From positions 1 to 64,000 of the forward strand of contig JBDOQK010000030.1 of the NCBI GenBank assembly GCA_040437565.1: DNA of 64,000 nucleotides, given 5' to 3'. This DNA is from Albugo candida. Its lineage: Eukaryota. This document shows positions 26,928 through 36,480 of the stretch, piece after piece. The position numbers and the translations under genes were made by a program. Under the pieces are notes generated by a model, which did not search any database, had not been told where the DNA came from, and was given only the letters and a program-made list of their open reading frames with translations. Position 1 is the stretch's first letter, and each line of letters starts with the position of its first letter.

Positions 26928-27530
26928 ATGGAGAAGATTATCGTGCAGCTTTCGCCGTTCGATAAGCAAGCGGAGCATCGTTTAGATGCGATACGCTCAG
27001 CGATTCACAGACAATTTCGTAGAGACCAGAGTGTTGATCCAAGTGGCGCTCTACAGGAGCGGATAAAGCGAGCTGCTCGATGTTCAATTGGCGAGCTATT
27101 TAATGAGCAATTTGGTTCTTTTGAGCAAATATGTAAATATGAAATACCGATTCCATTTGCGCAAAGTGAAATCTCTGAAAAGATCGGATTCAACGTTGCG
27201 ATAAAGCGGGAGAACACACAGATTACAGCGCCAAAACCAAACCGAATGTCGAAGCCATCGTGTCTTCGACCTCCAACGCGACTCACTTTGAAGCGCGAAA
27301 GAGTGGCTGATGAACGTCACAGAGAGGAGTTGGGTATGCGAAAATCAAAGATCGCTTCAACTTTTTCATTCGATAACGACTGCACACAAATCGACAAGCT
27401 CGTAGGCGTAGGCGTAGCTGGTCGTTCAAGCTTGTTTTCAAAAGCATGGAACCCAATAATGAGGAACGGTAGATCGCATGATGCCCTATTAGGCTTTTCC
27501 GCATCGAAAAGTGTGATATCTCTTTCGTGA
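26928..27530 (+). CDS. Hypothetical 200-aa protein
   Basis: ATG-initiated 600-nt ORF filling the space between the carrier and NUP93. No recognisable motif. Confidence 0.5.
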   Translation: MEKIIVQLSPFDKQAEHRLDAIRSAIHRQFRRDQSVDPSGALQERIKRAARCSIGELFNEQFGSFEQICKYEIPIPFAQSEISEKIGFNVAIKRENTQITAPKPNRMSKPSCLRPPTRLTLKRERVADERHREELGMRKSKIASTFSFDNDCTQIDKLVGVGVAGRSSLFSKAWNPIMRNGRSHDALLGFSASKSVISLS

Positions 27531-27595
27531 GGCCGCCACACGACAATACAAAAACTTATATTCGTGTTACCTTCCTTCAGACTTTGCCAGAAATA

Positions 27596-30289
27596 CTAGA
27601 AAATGATCATCGACTCCATTCGAGTCAATTGCTCGTTCGTTCCTATTGGAAGCCGATATTTGATCATTCCAGCAAATGCAACCACAAGCTCCATTTTTTC
27701 TCGCAGAATACCGACACCGACGCGAGCAATGTCTTCTGAGCTGTGTGCTTTGAGACGTTCAGACTCGCGAACGAGACATTCTGCATACCGCAACAGAATG
27801 ATATCAAAATGTTGACGAACAGAGTCTTCAAATGCCATAAAACGATCCACGCACAGTGTGATCGTATTGATACTATTCCCATTCTCATTTGGCGATGGGA
27901 ATATATCCAATCCTTCCACAAAACGGATTGCATCGGTACACTTTTCGTCTTGAAAAAGATTGAGGAAAATACAGAAATTGAGCAAAGTTTGGAATGAAAT
28001 TGTGGTCGAACGCGCGTATCCGCTGGCAATGTTCTGTACCCACGGATGCTGTAGCCATTGATCTGCGAATTCTTTACCAATGCGAAAGACCTGTTCACGC
28101 TCGACTCGAGTTGCCGACAAAGACGCTGAAAGCTGTTTGTTCAGAAGCGAAATCACTGCAACGATATCGCCGGCGGTTTGATACAACTGTAAAGCATCAG
28201 AGGAAGCACCTTGCTGTTCTGCTTTTCGTGCGGCTGAAATGAGAATTTCTTGGACTTTGGCGTCATCTCTAAGAAGACGATCGTATAAGCCATGTGAACG
28301 ACATCCATCAGCATTATTCATACGCCCAACAAGTGTCTCAAACTTTCTGGATTCCAGCAGTAATTCAATCAAAAGCTCGTGTCGTGTGATTTCATCGGTA
28401 ATGCAGCAGTAGTACTCAGTGGCTTCACAAGGATGATTTCGTTGGAACTGATGGACAAATTGACGTAACAAGCGAGTGAGATCCAAATTCGACTCATCTT
28501 CTTCTTCTCCAGCTGATACCATTGCACAATGAAGCAAGCCATAATAATTCAACGTGATAGCGAAATGGACAGCTTCCAATATATGTCCTTTGGACGCCAG
28601 ATATTTGATCGCAGCTTCAAAATCCTGTGTGATTAAAAGAATTTCAAAGAACAGCAGCGGAGCTAAAGCGGGATTTTCGATATTAGATGCTTCGAAATGT
28701 GAAGGACCAAATTTTTGAATACTCTGAGCCAATTTATTGACGCTGTAGCGTTGCGATGTGTCGGATGCGGTCGTATTGCCATTGATGAAACACAAACGTT
28801 GCCACAGGTAATCCTCAATAGTGACAAGCACACGCGACTCACGCAAATTCGGGTTCACAAAGCAGAGAATATTGAGCACACATACTTCGTAGGGATCAAT
28901 TGTGTGAGTATCGTCCATTGAACTGCTCGTGAGTTGTCGGTATTTCTCTAACAAATGCTTGTACTCCACAGGATATCTGATTTCAACCGATGGAATGCCC
29001 AAAGCTTCCGACTGAGTATGAGTTTTTTTCAATGCGACACGATATTCCAATAGTTTCAATACAGCTTTATCAACGACACTTTGGTTCGATCGGATGATAT
29101 TTGCAACATATTCAACGATTTCTTCTTCTGCTCCACAACGTAAGCCGTAATAGATCACAGCCCAAAGCTGTGATTGAGACTCACTTGCCCTCTGTGATAA
29201 AAATGGATCATAGGAAGACTTTAACACATGATGGACAAATGCACGCAAATTTGGTAAAAGGCCCGACACTCCGCCTGTTGCTAATTGATATTTTGTGACC
29301 GTTTGCTGCACACAAACGCGAAATTGATTTTCTAAAAACAAAAGTGCACCAAATGCCAACTGACGTCGAAGCGATGAGAATTGCGATTCGTTTGCAAGTG
29401 CATTGCTGAATGCATTCTCGCCAGGGATTTTTTTGTATTCAACATACTTTGTCATTTGGCTGGTACTATTGCTATCAATTTGACCAGTAAGCATTGTGCC
29501 AAGCAGCTGCCAGCATTTCCAAATGAATTCCCATTTTGTACCGGGACCTTCCTGTTGTAATTGTTCCAAACACGCTCTCTCAAACGCATGCACCAAATCG
29601 AATTGACAGCGTGTTTCAGGCTGACGATGTATCATGAGCTCCTTAATGACTTTATGATAAACTTTCATTTCTTGACTCATTGACATCTCACTTTGCAAAT
29701 GTGATATTCGAAGTGGCGTATCGAGTCCATTTAACCTCATACGTTCAGTCTCCAATTTCTGTACGATTTGATTCCTTGTGTGACCATCAGAGCAAGTGAC
29801 GATCTGTCTCGATCTGCTGCTACTTTTGAGGCTTTCTTTGGTGCAATTGTGAAGGATCTCCTGTTTCATCGTCTCATAATCGTCAATAATCGCCTGATTC
29901 ATCGCGTCGTGCGTAAACTCGACCGTTCTTCGATTCGTTTGATCGATGGATGCAAACAGAATTCGTTCGTGATGACGCGCCAAATGGCTTTTTAGATTCA
30001 AATTTGCCCCAATAAATTTGCTTTTTGGCTCAATGAGAGAATTCTGTAAACTCTCCAAATCGTTAAATATTTTGTGTGTGTCCAATCCTTTGGACGCCAG
30101 TAAGAAGCTCGCTTTGTCATTGCGTCTGCTCCCTTCGTGTTGATCGCCACATTGCCGAATGTGGCGCTTAAATGCGTTTTTATGGACCTTTTCGAGCTGA
30201 TCGAGTCCTTTCACAAGTGGAGGGATTTCTGTCTCGTTGATTGGAGTCGTCAGCTTCAAGGAATTCTCATACAAAGTCTTGAAATCCAT
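27596..30289 (-). CDS. NUP93: Nuclear pore complex protein Nup93/Nic96
   Basis: ~897-aa single-exon ORF, first ATG at MDFKTLYENS. Nic96-type motifs: KASFLLASKGLD, WAVIYYGLRCG, DPYE, TIEDYLWQRL, EAVHFAITLNYYGLL, FAGMIKYRLP. Confidence 0.93.
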   Translation of the reverse strand: MDFKTLYENSLKLTTPINETEIPPLVKGLDQLEKVHKNAFKRHIRQCGDQHEGSRRNDKASFLLASKGLDTHKIFNDLESLQNSLIEPKSKFIGANLNLKSHLARHHERILFASIDQTNRRTVEFTHDAMNQAIIDDYETMKQEILHNCTKESLKSSSRSRQIVTCSDGHTRNQIVQKLETERMRLNGLDTPLRISHLQSEMSMSQEMKVYHKVIKELMIHRQPETRCQFDLVHAFERACLEQLQQEGPGTKWEFIWKCWQLLGTMLTGQIDSNSTSQMTKYVEYKKIPGENAFSNALANESQFSSLRRQLAFGALLFLENQFRVCVQQTVTKYQLATGGVSGLLPNLRAFVHHVLKSSYDPFLSQRASESQSQLWAVIYYGLRCGAEEEIVEYVANIIRSNQSVVDKAVLKLLEYRVALKKTHTQSEALGIPSVEIRYPVEYKHLLEKYRQLTSSSMDDTHTIDPYEVCVLNILCFVNPNLRESRVLVTIEDYLWQRLCFINGNTTASDTSQRYSVNKLAQSIQKFGPSHFEASNIENPALAPLLFFEILLITQDFEAAIKYLASKGHILEAVHFAITLNYYGLLHCAMVSAGEEEDESNLDLTRLLRQFVHQFQRNHPCEATEYYCCITDEITRHELLIELLLESRKFETLVGRMNNADGCRSHGLYDRLLRDDAKVQEILISAARKAEQQGASSDALQLYQTAGDIVAVISLLNKQLSASLSATRVEREQVFRIGKEFADQWLQHPWVQNIASGYARSTTISFQTLLNFCIFLNLFQDEKCTDAIRFVEGLDIFPSPNENGNSINTITLCVDRFMAFEDSVRQHFDIILLRYAECLVRESERLKAHSSEDIARVGVGILREKMELVVAFAGMIKYRLPIGTNEQLTRMESMIIF

Positions 30290-30717
30290 TCCGTCGCTGA
30301 AATCGTTTGGTTCTCGTTGCAATGTTTACCTCGAATAGAGTGGACCAAGTCAATATCTTCTACCTAGAGTAAGGTATTTCNNNNNNNNNNNNNNNNNNNN
30401 NNNNNNNNNNNNNNNNNNNNNNNNNNNNNNNNNNNNNNNNNNNNNNNNNNNNNNNNNNNNNNNNNNNNNNNNNNNNNNNNATTTCAATCAAGATACTCTA
30501 TTCCATTTTTCCATCCTCATTACTTGACTCGAATCGAGTTTGGGACGCATACAGAAAGCTGAGGGAATACATCTACACCGAGACAAAAGCAAACGCGATA
30601 GCTAATAAAAGTGACTATAGTGTTCTGCAACTTGGTGTAACAAGCTACTGTGTGTGTCTCCCAGTACATAGGAATCGTTGAGTACACAGACGCGCTACTT
30701 TAAAAGAGGACCTCAAT

Positions 30718-33700
30718 ATGGCATGGGATTGTCCAATGTGCAATTTCTCTCGAAATGAAGATGATCAGTCACGTTGCGTGGCGTGTGGCGCAGGCGAGAA
30801 ACCTCAAGTGGATACCTCAAAACCATACACAATCAGTATTGAGTTACCTGCAAAGGAGAAACTTGGTGTGAAGCTAATGCCACCCAAAAATGGGGTCATT
30901 CATCACGGGTTAAGTATCGATAACATCGATAATCCATTGTTAGAAAATAAGGTCCAAGCAGGTGATTTGATCGTTGCAATTGGTGGAAAAGCTGTCCATG
31001 GATTAGGATTCTCAGATGCAATCGATCTGATTCGAAAATTACCACGTCCATTAGCTATTTCATTCGAAATCGATGAAAAAAGGAGAGAAAAAGCACAACG
31101 CGACAAATCCGATTTCGTCATTCAAAATGATTTGGACACACAATTAACGACATACGCTGTCGTATTCGAAGAAGGACCGATGGGATTGAATTTGGAAGAA
31201 GCGGTACGATACGGAATTGATGGAGCTGTTGTGAAGGCTTTGAAAGGACAGGCGAAAACGAGCGGAATGATCTCAGTCGGTGATATTGTGTACAAAGTGA
31301 ATGAGACCGATGTGCTTTGTATGCCATACACTGAAGTAATGAATGTGATCCGAAACACACCAACGCCGAGGACTTTGCAATTCGTGCCGAAAGATAAATT
31401 AGCAGACGTACAACGAGTGAATTCACGGCATTCAGAATCGTTCCGAATGAGAGACTCCAATATTGTTAAAGATAAACTGATGAAAAGTCCACGGATTGTC
31501 AAAGATGAAGGAAGTGAAGATGCTGATGATCATAAATCCATTGCACGGTTGATTTTGGATAATCAAGCAGCTACCATAAAGAAAGGACGAATGTACAAAC
31601 AGGGACGTGTGATGCGAACGTGGAAAAGTCGATATTTTATATTGAGTGTGTCGAAATTGGAATACTTTAAAAATCCAAGTGCCACCAATGCACGTGGAGA
31701 GATGAGTTTTTTGAGTCATCGATGTACTGTGCGCTCCCTACCTCCAACGCAAGATGTGGTGTGTAAGTCTCCGGCAGTGACCGCCAAATACTTGTTGGAA
31801 TTGAGAGTGGATGACAGGCGATTAGTGATGGCGTGTACTTCGGATTCCGATAAGAAAGGATGGATGGACGCTCTCAAGTTGGCTATTGATGCATCCAAAA
31901 CAGTTGGACGCACGCAACCCGACGGATCTCCTGAAGCAGACAGTCGAGCGCTTTTACTGCAACATACCGCTAGTATCCGCGCAGACGCCACATTTCTCGA
32001 TAAAAACACCAGTGGAAGACTGTCTCAATTCAGCTATGACGCATTTGCTACACCGGTTGTCCATATCACTGTGGTATCAGCGACGAACCTCACAAAGGCG
32101 GGAAGCACAGTCAATGCTGTGTGTGAAATCACTCTTGGCGATGAGACATTCCGAACGTCCACAGTGAAGAGCCAACGATCGCCTGTTTGGCAACAAGACA
32201 ATTCAGCGTCTTTCGAAGTACCGAATCAGGAAATGGTGATAGAAGTTCGAGTTTTTGATGAGCACGTATTTCGATCCACAGAGCTGATGGCGACACTTAC
32301 AATTCCATTGAGATCTCTACCGAATATGGAAAAAACCAATAGAAAGTATCCTCTTGCAGTCGGAAATCGATCGTCCGGTGCATTTTTATCGTTATCGCTC
32401 GAGTATATCAATAAAGCACGAGCATTCCAACAGGATCAAGAGCGTCAGAGGATGGCGGATGATTTAGGACGCTTATCGATGCTGAGATCAGGCGATGAAA
32501 TGACCAAATTACAAAACGAAGCACAAATGGCTGCAGATGAAGCGACTGATATTGCTGCACGCGCTGAAGCCGAAGCATTAACCCTTCTTGAACAAGCTCG
32601 TCAGAAAGCAGAAGCAGCTGTTGCAGCAGCTCGTGCAGAACAAGAGCAAGGTAAAGCGGCTGTTGAGGCTGCGATGGCGGAAGCGGCGTCCGCCAAGGAA
32701 GAAGCAGAAAGACAAGCAGAGGAAGCACGAAGGGCACAAGAAGAAGCTCGCAAGTTGATTGAAGCAAATCGAAGAATCCAAGAGCATTCTTCCCAAGCTC
32801 AACAATTGCAAGGCAATTCTGTCTTTGCCAATTATCGCAAAATGATTATGGATGGCCAATCTTCCGAAAGTGTTATCGAGACGATGCGTAATGACGGAAT
32901 CGATGAGATCAATATCACAGCTTTTTTCGACGGAATCAACTCATACGATGAGAAAATACGAGCACTGCAAGCTGAAGTCGAAAAATTGAAGCGGAATCGA
33001 AGCACTCGCCAGCGTGAAGAGACCAAAACGGAAGACATGTTTGCGCATATGGACATTTCAAAAGACCAAGTCAAACTTCTCCGACGTTTACTGAAATTGG
33101 AGAAACAACTACAACAAGCCGGAATTGCTGTTGCTGCTGATATTCCGTACGAGGAAGCAAAAGCGAAAATTGAAGAGATATCTCGTCGAATGTACGAAAT
33201 CGGGTCTTCGGATGTCACTCATCCCGATCCGCTGATTCAGAAACAACTTCGTGAAGAATATTATAAATTGGAACAAGATATGGAGAAATACAACACCGCT
33301 CTCATGCTTACGGATGAATTTGCAGCAGAAGAAGCTCGTAAAGACAGAGAATGGGAAGAAGAAAATGAAGAGGCAAACGCTCGGGCTTTGATAGCAATTC
33401 GTCGTATGATGCCTGTTGACGTGAAGCAGAGATCAGAGGCAGATTTACAAAGTATGGAGACTCCACGCGGTGGAAAGATCCCGCGAGAAGTTGCACGAAA
33501 ATACAAACGAACGAATGTGTTACAATTACTTCGAATGGATCCCGCGGAGATTGCAAAGAATCATCCGTCGCTGTTGGATAATTTTCGTGTGACGGGTCTG
33601 ACGGTCACAGAACGTCGGGCTTTGCATCATCATTTACGTGGCATTGCTGATGTGTGGAAGACTCAGCAATCCGATGAAATGACAAAGAAAAAGTATGATT

Positions 33701-34911
33701 GGTTCAAAAGTCTCAAAGAGACCTCCAAAACAGTTTTGAATGCGTACAACACACATGTGAAGCAATACGGCCCACCAAGCAATCATCCATACGCGACTCG
33801 CGATGATCCCGACATTGGATGCCCGTTGATTGGAAAGCAGTGCCCGATCAAAGCCGATATGGCCCCACCGTATGACTTGGATTTGGGCTTCCCGGAAGGA
33901 GATGTGTACTTGGAAACAACGATTCAAAAAGGAAGTCCAGACGACTCGGGAGCACGGGCATTACGTGAAGCGCAAGAATTAGCTCGTGCTAAAGTATCGA
34001 ATTCTCGGACAGATACTTTGAAAAAGCACTACAAGAATGTTCGACTCGTAGCGGAAGCCAAAGGTGCATGCGAACATCTCGATACAATGCTGGACACTAT
34101 AGAATTACGACAATTACAATTGTTCCAAGCTCGTCTCAAGCATCGACTTGTGCAGTCTGAGACAGCTGCTACAATCAAATTGGAATTGGCTGAATTTGGA
34201 GATTTAGTGAATGAAATACGTCTTGCAAGCTTCAAATTCGCAGAGCGATCAGGAATGAGTATGAAAGGCAAACGAACGGCAACATCGGATGGATCCGACA
34301 CTCGGTCGTCGATAGAGTGTCATTTGTGTATTTTGTACTGTGATGCCGCATTGGATTGTTTCGCAGGGATTCTTGAGCGCATGGATGAAGTGAAAGCTTC
34401 CGATAAACGACTTGGTTCAGCAATTCCTTCACTCGAAGAACTGCTCCGAGAAGTACAAGAACGAAGTAGAAAAATGCTGTCTTCTTTATCGGACAAAGGA
34501 CCTCCAATGAATCGTCGATTGAAGACTCGGGTTGAGATTATGAAAGAAGCCAAAGAGAAGAATGCCGCAGAAAATGGAACTACAGCAACGTCTAGTGAGT
34601 CGAGTACTCCAGCTGGAGGTGAGCGTCCTCCAAATCCAATGCTTGCAGCACGAGGACGTGGTCGTGGAGGTCGAGGAAGAGGAGACTTATTATCAGCATT
34701 GAAAGGCCGTGGAGGAAACACCGATGAGAATGGAGATGGTATGAAAGGAGGACCACCAGGTGCAGGAGGTTTGTTTGCTGCAATCAAAAGTCGTGGTGCT
34801 CGTGGTGAAAATGACACTCGAGGTGGTCTGCTTGCTGGTATTCAGGCGCGTGGTCGTGGAGGTCGTGGGAATGATCTTATGGCAGCAATAGCAGCGCGAA
34901 GGAAAGAATGA
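30718..34911 (+). CDS. 1397-aa multidomain protein: RanBP2-type zinc finger, 2x PDZ, PH, C2, coiled coil, CCDC53-like motif, unknown helical domain, RGG-rich tail with WH2-like repeats
   Basis: WDCPMCNFSRN...RCVACG (ZnF_RBZ); KLGVKL..VQAGDLIVAIGG and GPMGLNL..ISVGDIVYKVNE (PDZ); KKGRMYKQGRVMRTWKSRYFIL..KGWMDALK (PH); VHITVVSATNL..PVW..EVRVFDE (C2); E/A/Q/R-rich coil; tail RGDLLSALK/GGLFAAIK/GGLLAGIQ/NDLMAAIA. Confidence 0.9.
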   Translation: MAWDCPMCNFSRNEDDQSRCVACGAGEKPQVDTSKPYTISIELPAKEKLGVKLMPPKNGVIHHGLSIDNIDNPLLENKVQAGDLIVAIGGKAVHGLGFSDAIDLIRKLPRPLAISFEIDEKRREKAQRDKSDFVIQNDLDTQLTTYAVVFEEGPMGLNLEEAVRYGIDGAVVKALKGQAKTSGMISVGDIVYKVNETDVLCMPYTEVMNVIRNTPTPRTLQFVPKDKLADVQRVNSRHSESFRMRDSNIVKDKLMKSPRIVKDEGSEDADDHKSIARLILDNQAATIKKGRMYKQGRVMRTWKSRYFILSVSKLEYFKNPSATNARGEMSFLSHRCTVRSLPPTQDVVCKSPAVTAKYLLELRVDDRRLVMACTSDSDKKGWMDALKLAIDASKTVGRTQPDGSPEADSRALLLQHTASIRADATFLDKNTSGRLSQFSYDAFATPVVHITVVSATNLTKAGSTVNAVCEITLGDETFRTSTVKSQRSPVWQQDNSASFEVPNQEMVIEVRVFDEHVFRSTELMATLTIPLRSLPNMEKTNRKYPLAVGNRSSGAFLSLSLEYINKARAFQQDQERQRMADDLGRLSMLRSGDEMTKLQNEAQMAADEATDIAARAEAEALTLLEQARQKAEAAVAAARAEQEQGKAAVEAAMAEAASAKEEAERQAEEARRAQEEARKLIEANRRIQEHSSQAQQLQGNSVFANYRKMIMDGQSSESVIETMRNDGIDEINITAFFDGINSYDEKIRALQAEVEKLKRNRSTRQREETKTEDMFAHMDISKDQVKLLRRLLKLEKQLQQAGIAVAADIPYEEAKAKIEEISRRMYEIGSSDVTHPDPLIQKQLREEYYKLEQDMEKYNTALMLTDEFAAEEARKDREWEEENEEANARALIAIRRMMPVDVKQRSEADLQSMETPRGGKIPREVARKYKRTNVLQLLRMDPAEIAKNHPSLLDNFRVTGLTVTERRALHHHLRGIADVWKTQQSDEMTKKKYDWFKSLKETSKTVLNAYNTHVKQYGPPSNHPYATRDDPDIGCPLIGKQCPIKADMAPPYDLDLGFPEGDVYLETTIQKGSPDDSGARALREAQELARAKVSNSRTDTLKKHYKNVRLVAEAKGACEHLDTMLDTIELRQLQLFQARLKHRLVQSETAATIKLELAEFGDLVNEIRLASFKFAERSGMSMKGKRTATSDGSDTRSSIECHLCILYCDAALDCFAGILERMDEVKASDKRLGSAIPSLEELLREVQERSRKMLSSLSDKGPPMNRRLKTRVEIMKEAKEKNAAENGTTATSSESSTPAGGERPPNPMLAARGRGRGGRGRGDLLSALKGRGGNTDENGDGMKGGPPGAGGLFAAIKSRGARGENDTRGGLLAGIQARGRGGRGNDLMAAIAARRKE

Positions 34912-35989
34912 ACGGATACTCTCATTAGAAATTGTATGGCAATCAGATATCAGCTCACAAAGGATCCATTCTCACTGATTGGAAGTCAATTTGTCGACAG
35001 TTTGATGGCTGACGATCGAATGCTTTTCCATCGAGTACTTTTATTACGACTCAAATGACTTGTTACCATTTCGAAACAGTGAGATACAATGCTACCCGAA
35101 AGGAGACAGAGTGACGACTGGCTCTGCATGTATCGTCGTGAGCGCATCAAAAGCAGTGACTTTTGCACAAAGGTCGAAGAAGCATTTTTATAAAATCAAA
35201 CGCATACAAATATGAAAAGAATTCTTCTTCTATTGAGAGTTATTGATTCGAGTGTGAAGGCAGTGAGTAGCATTTCTGATGTGTGAGTTGGGAATCTGCT
35301 TTTACCGAAATCTGTCCAATAAAGCATTCAACGACAACCACCACTTCTGATGGAGCGGCTACTACCATTTGTCAAACAGCCACTTTGATCAGGTCAAGGT
35401 TTCCATGATGGAGTGCTTTCAGCGCGTTCGGTGAGTCAGAACAAGCAAAAGTATATTGATATTCTCTGAGAGGATGATCTCTTTATTCAGCTTATCCGAT
35501 CGCTGATCGTTGCGATGCCATTTTGGTCCATTAGTATGCTTGAGCATTTAAGGGATTCACGTCAGTATGGAGCGACCTTACTCCTTTTAGGCTCCGACAA
35601 TAACTGCAAGTAACGTATGCATGCTTCTCGTACTGCTATTTTGCGACATTTACCTGGCAATGCACTTATCACAATTATAAAAGGCACAGTCGACCAGCAG
35701 CTCTTCTATCGTGTAACCAATTGAGTTTTGTTTGTTTGGATGTACATCTATCATTGACTTGCATCAGGGAATTATCCTCCAAGTAATGATGGTATGCTAG
35801 CGAAACCATGCTCACACCGGATTTTGAACGTTCGGCAGCGAATGGCACTGAACACCTTGCACTTGAGGACTTCCGCCCCCTTTGAGCCGCATTCTCTGTC
35901 GATCTTTTTACTTTGTGCCCTCTGATCAAATGATGAAAATAATTTCTATCTATTGGTAACATCAATCTCATCGACAGAGCTCAGGAGGT

Positions 35990-36480
35990 AGCGAGCGTGA
36001 GGGCGACCACGTGGCGATATGAACCTACTTCATTCACAGTTATCGATCAGACAAAGCGCTCCATGTAAGGAATTGCAGGAAATCCTCAGAGAAGATGGAG
36101 CCAAATTCGAAATACTTGAGCTATATAACGTCAATGTGCTACCTATCTTGCTATACAAGTCACGGGCGTGGGATCTTGCAACGAGACATTCGTACTCTTG
36201 AGCCTTCCATCGTCGCACCTTGGCCGAATCCTTCGCATTCAACATCCCCCGTACGTAAGCAATGAAGACTTATACAAGCGATGGGTGACAACACCATTTC
36301 GATTTCACCTTGATCAATCTAGGTGGGAATTATTTGGTCACATCATCCGCCGCCGTCAGCCGATCCCAGCACAGATGAACATGCTCTGACACTACAACTC
36401 GATCGACTTACCTCAATTTCTCAGAGATAAAATGTTCACTTGCCTCCCGACAATCCTGCGAGCCTTCAAAACATCTACGT
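35990..36480 (+). mobile_element. 3' fragment of an RTE-clade non-LTR retrotransposon
   Basis: Across frameshifts: LELYNVNVLPILLY..W, FHRR, YVSNEDLYKR, RWELFGHIIRR, which is the characteristic post-RT region of RTE LINEs. Confidence 0.75.

Noticed and set aside
30903-34817. Many antisense or alternative-frame ORFs over the long genes
   Set aside because: Shadows of real coding sequence with no independent motifs.
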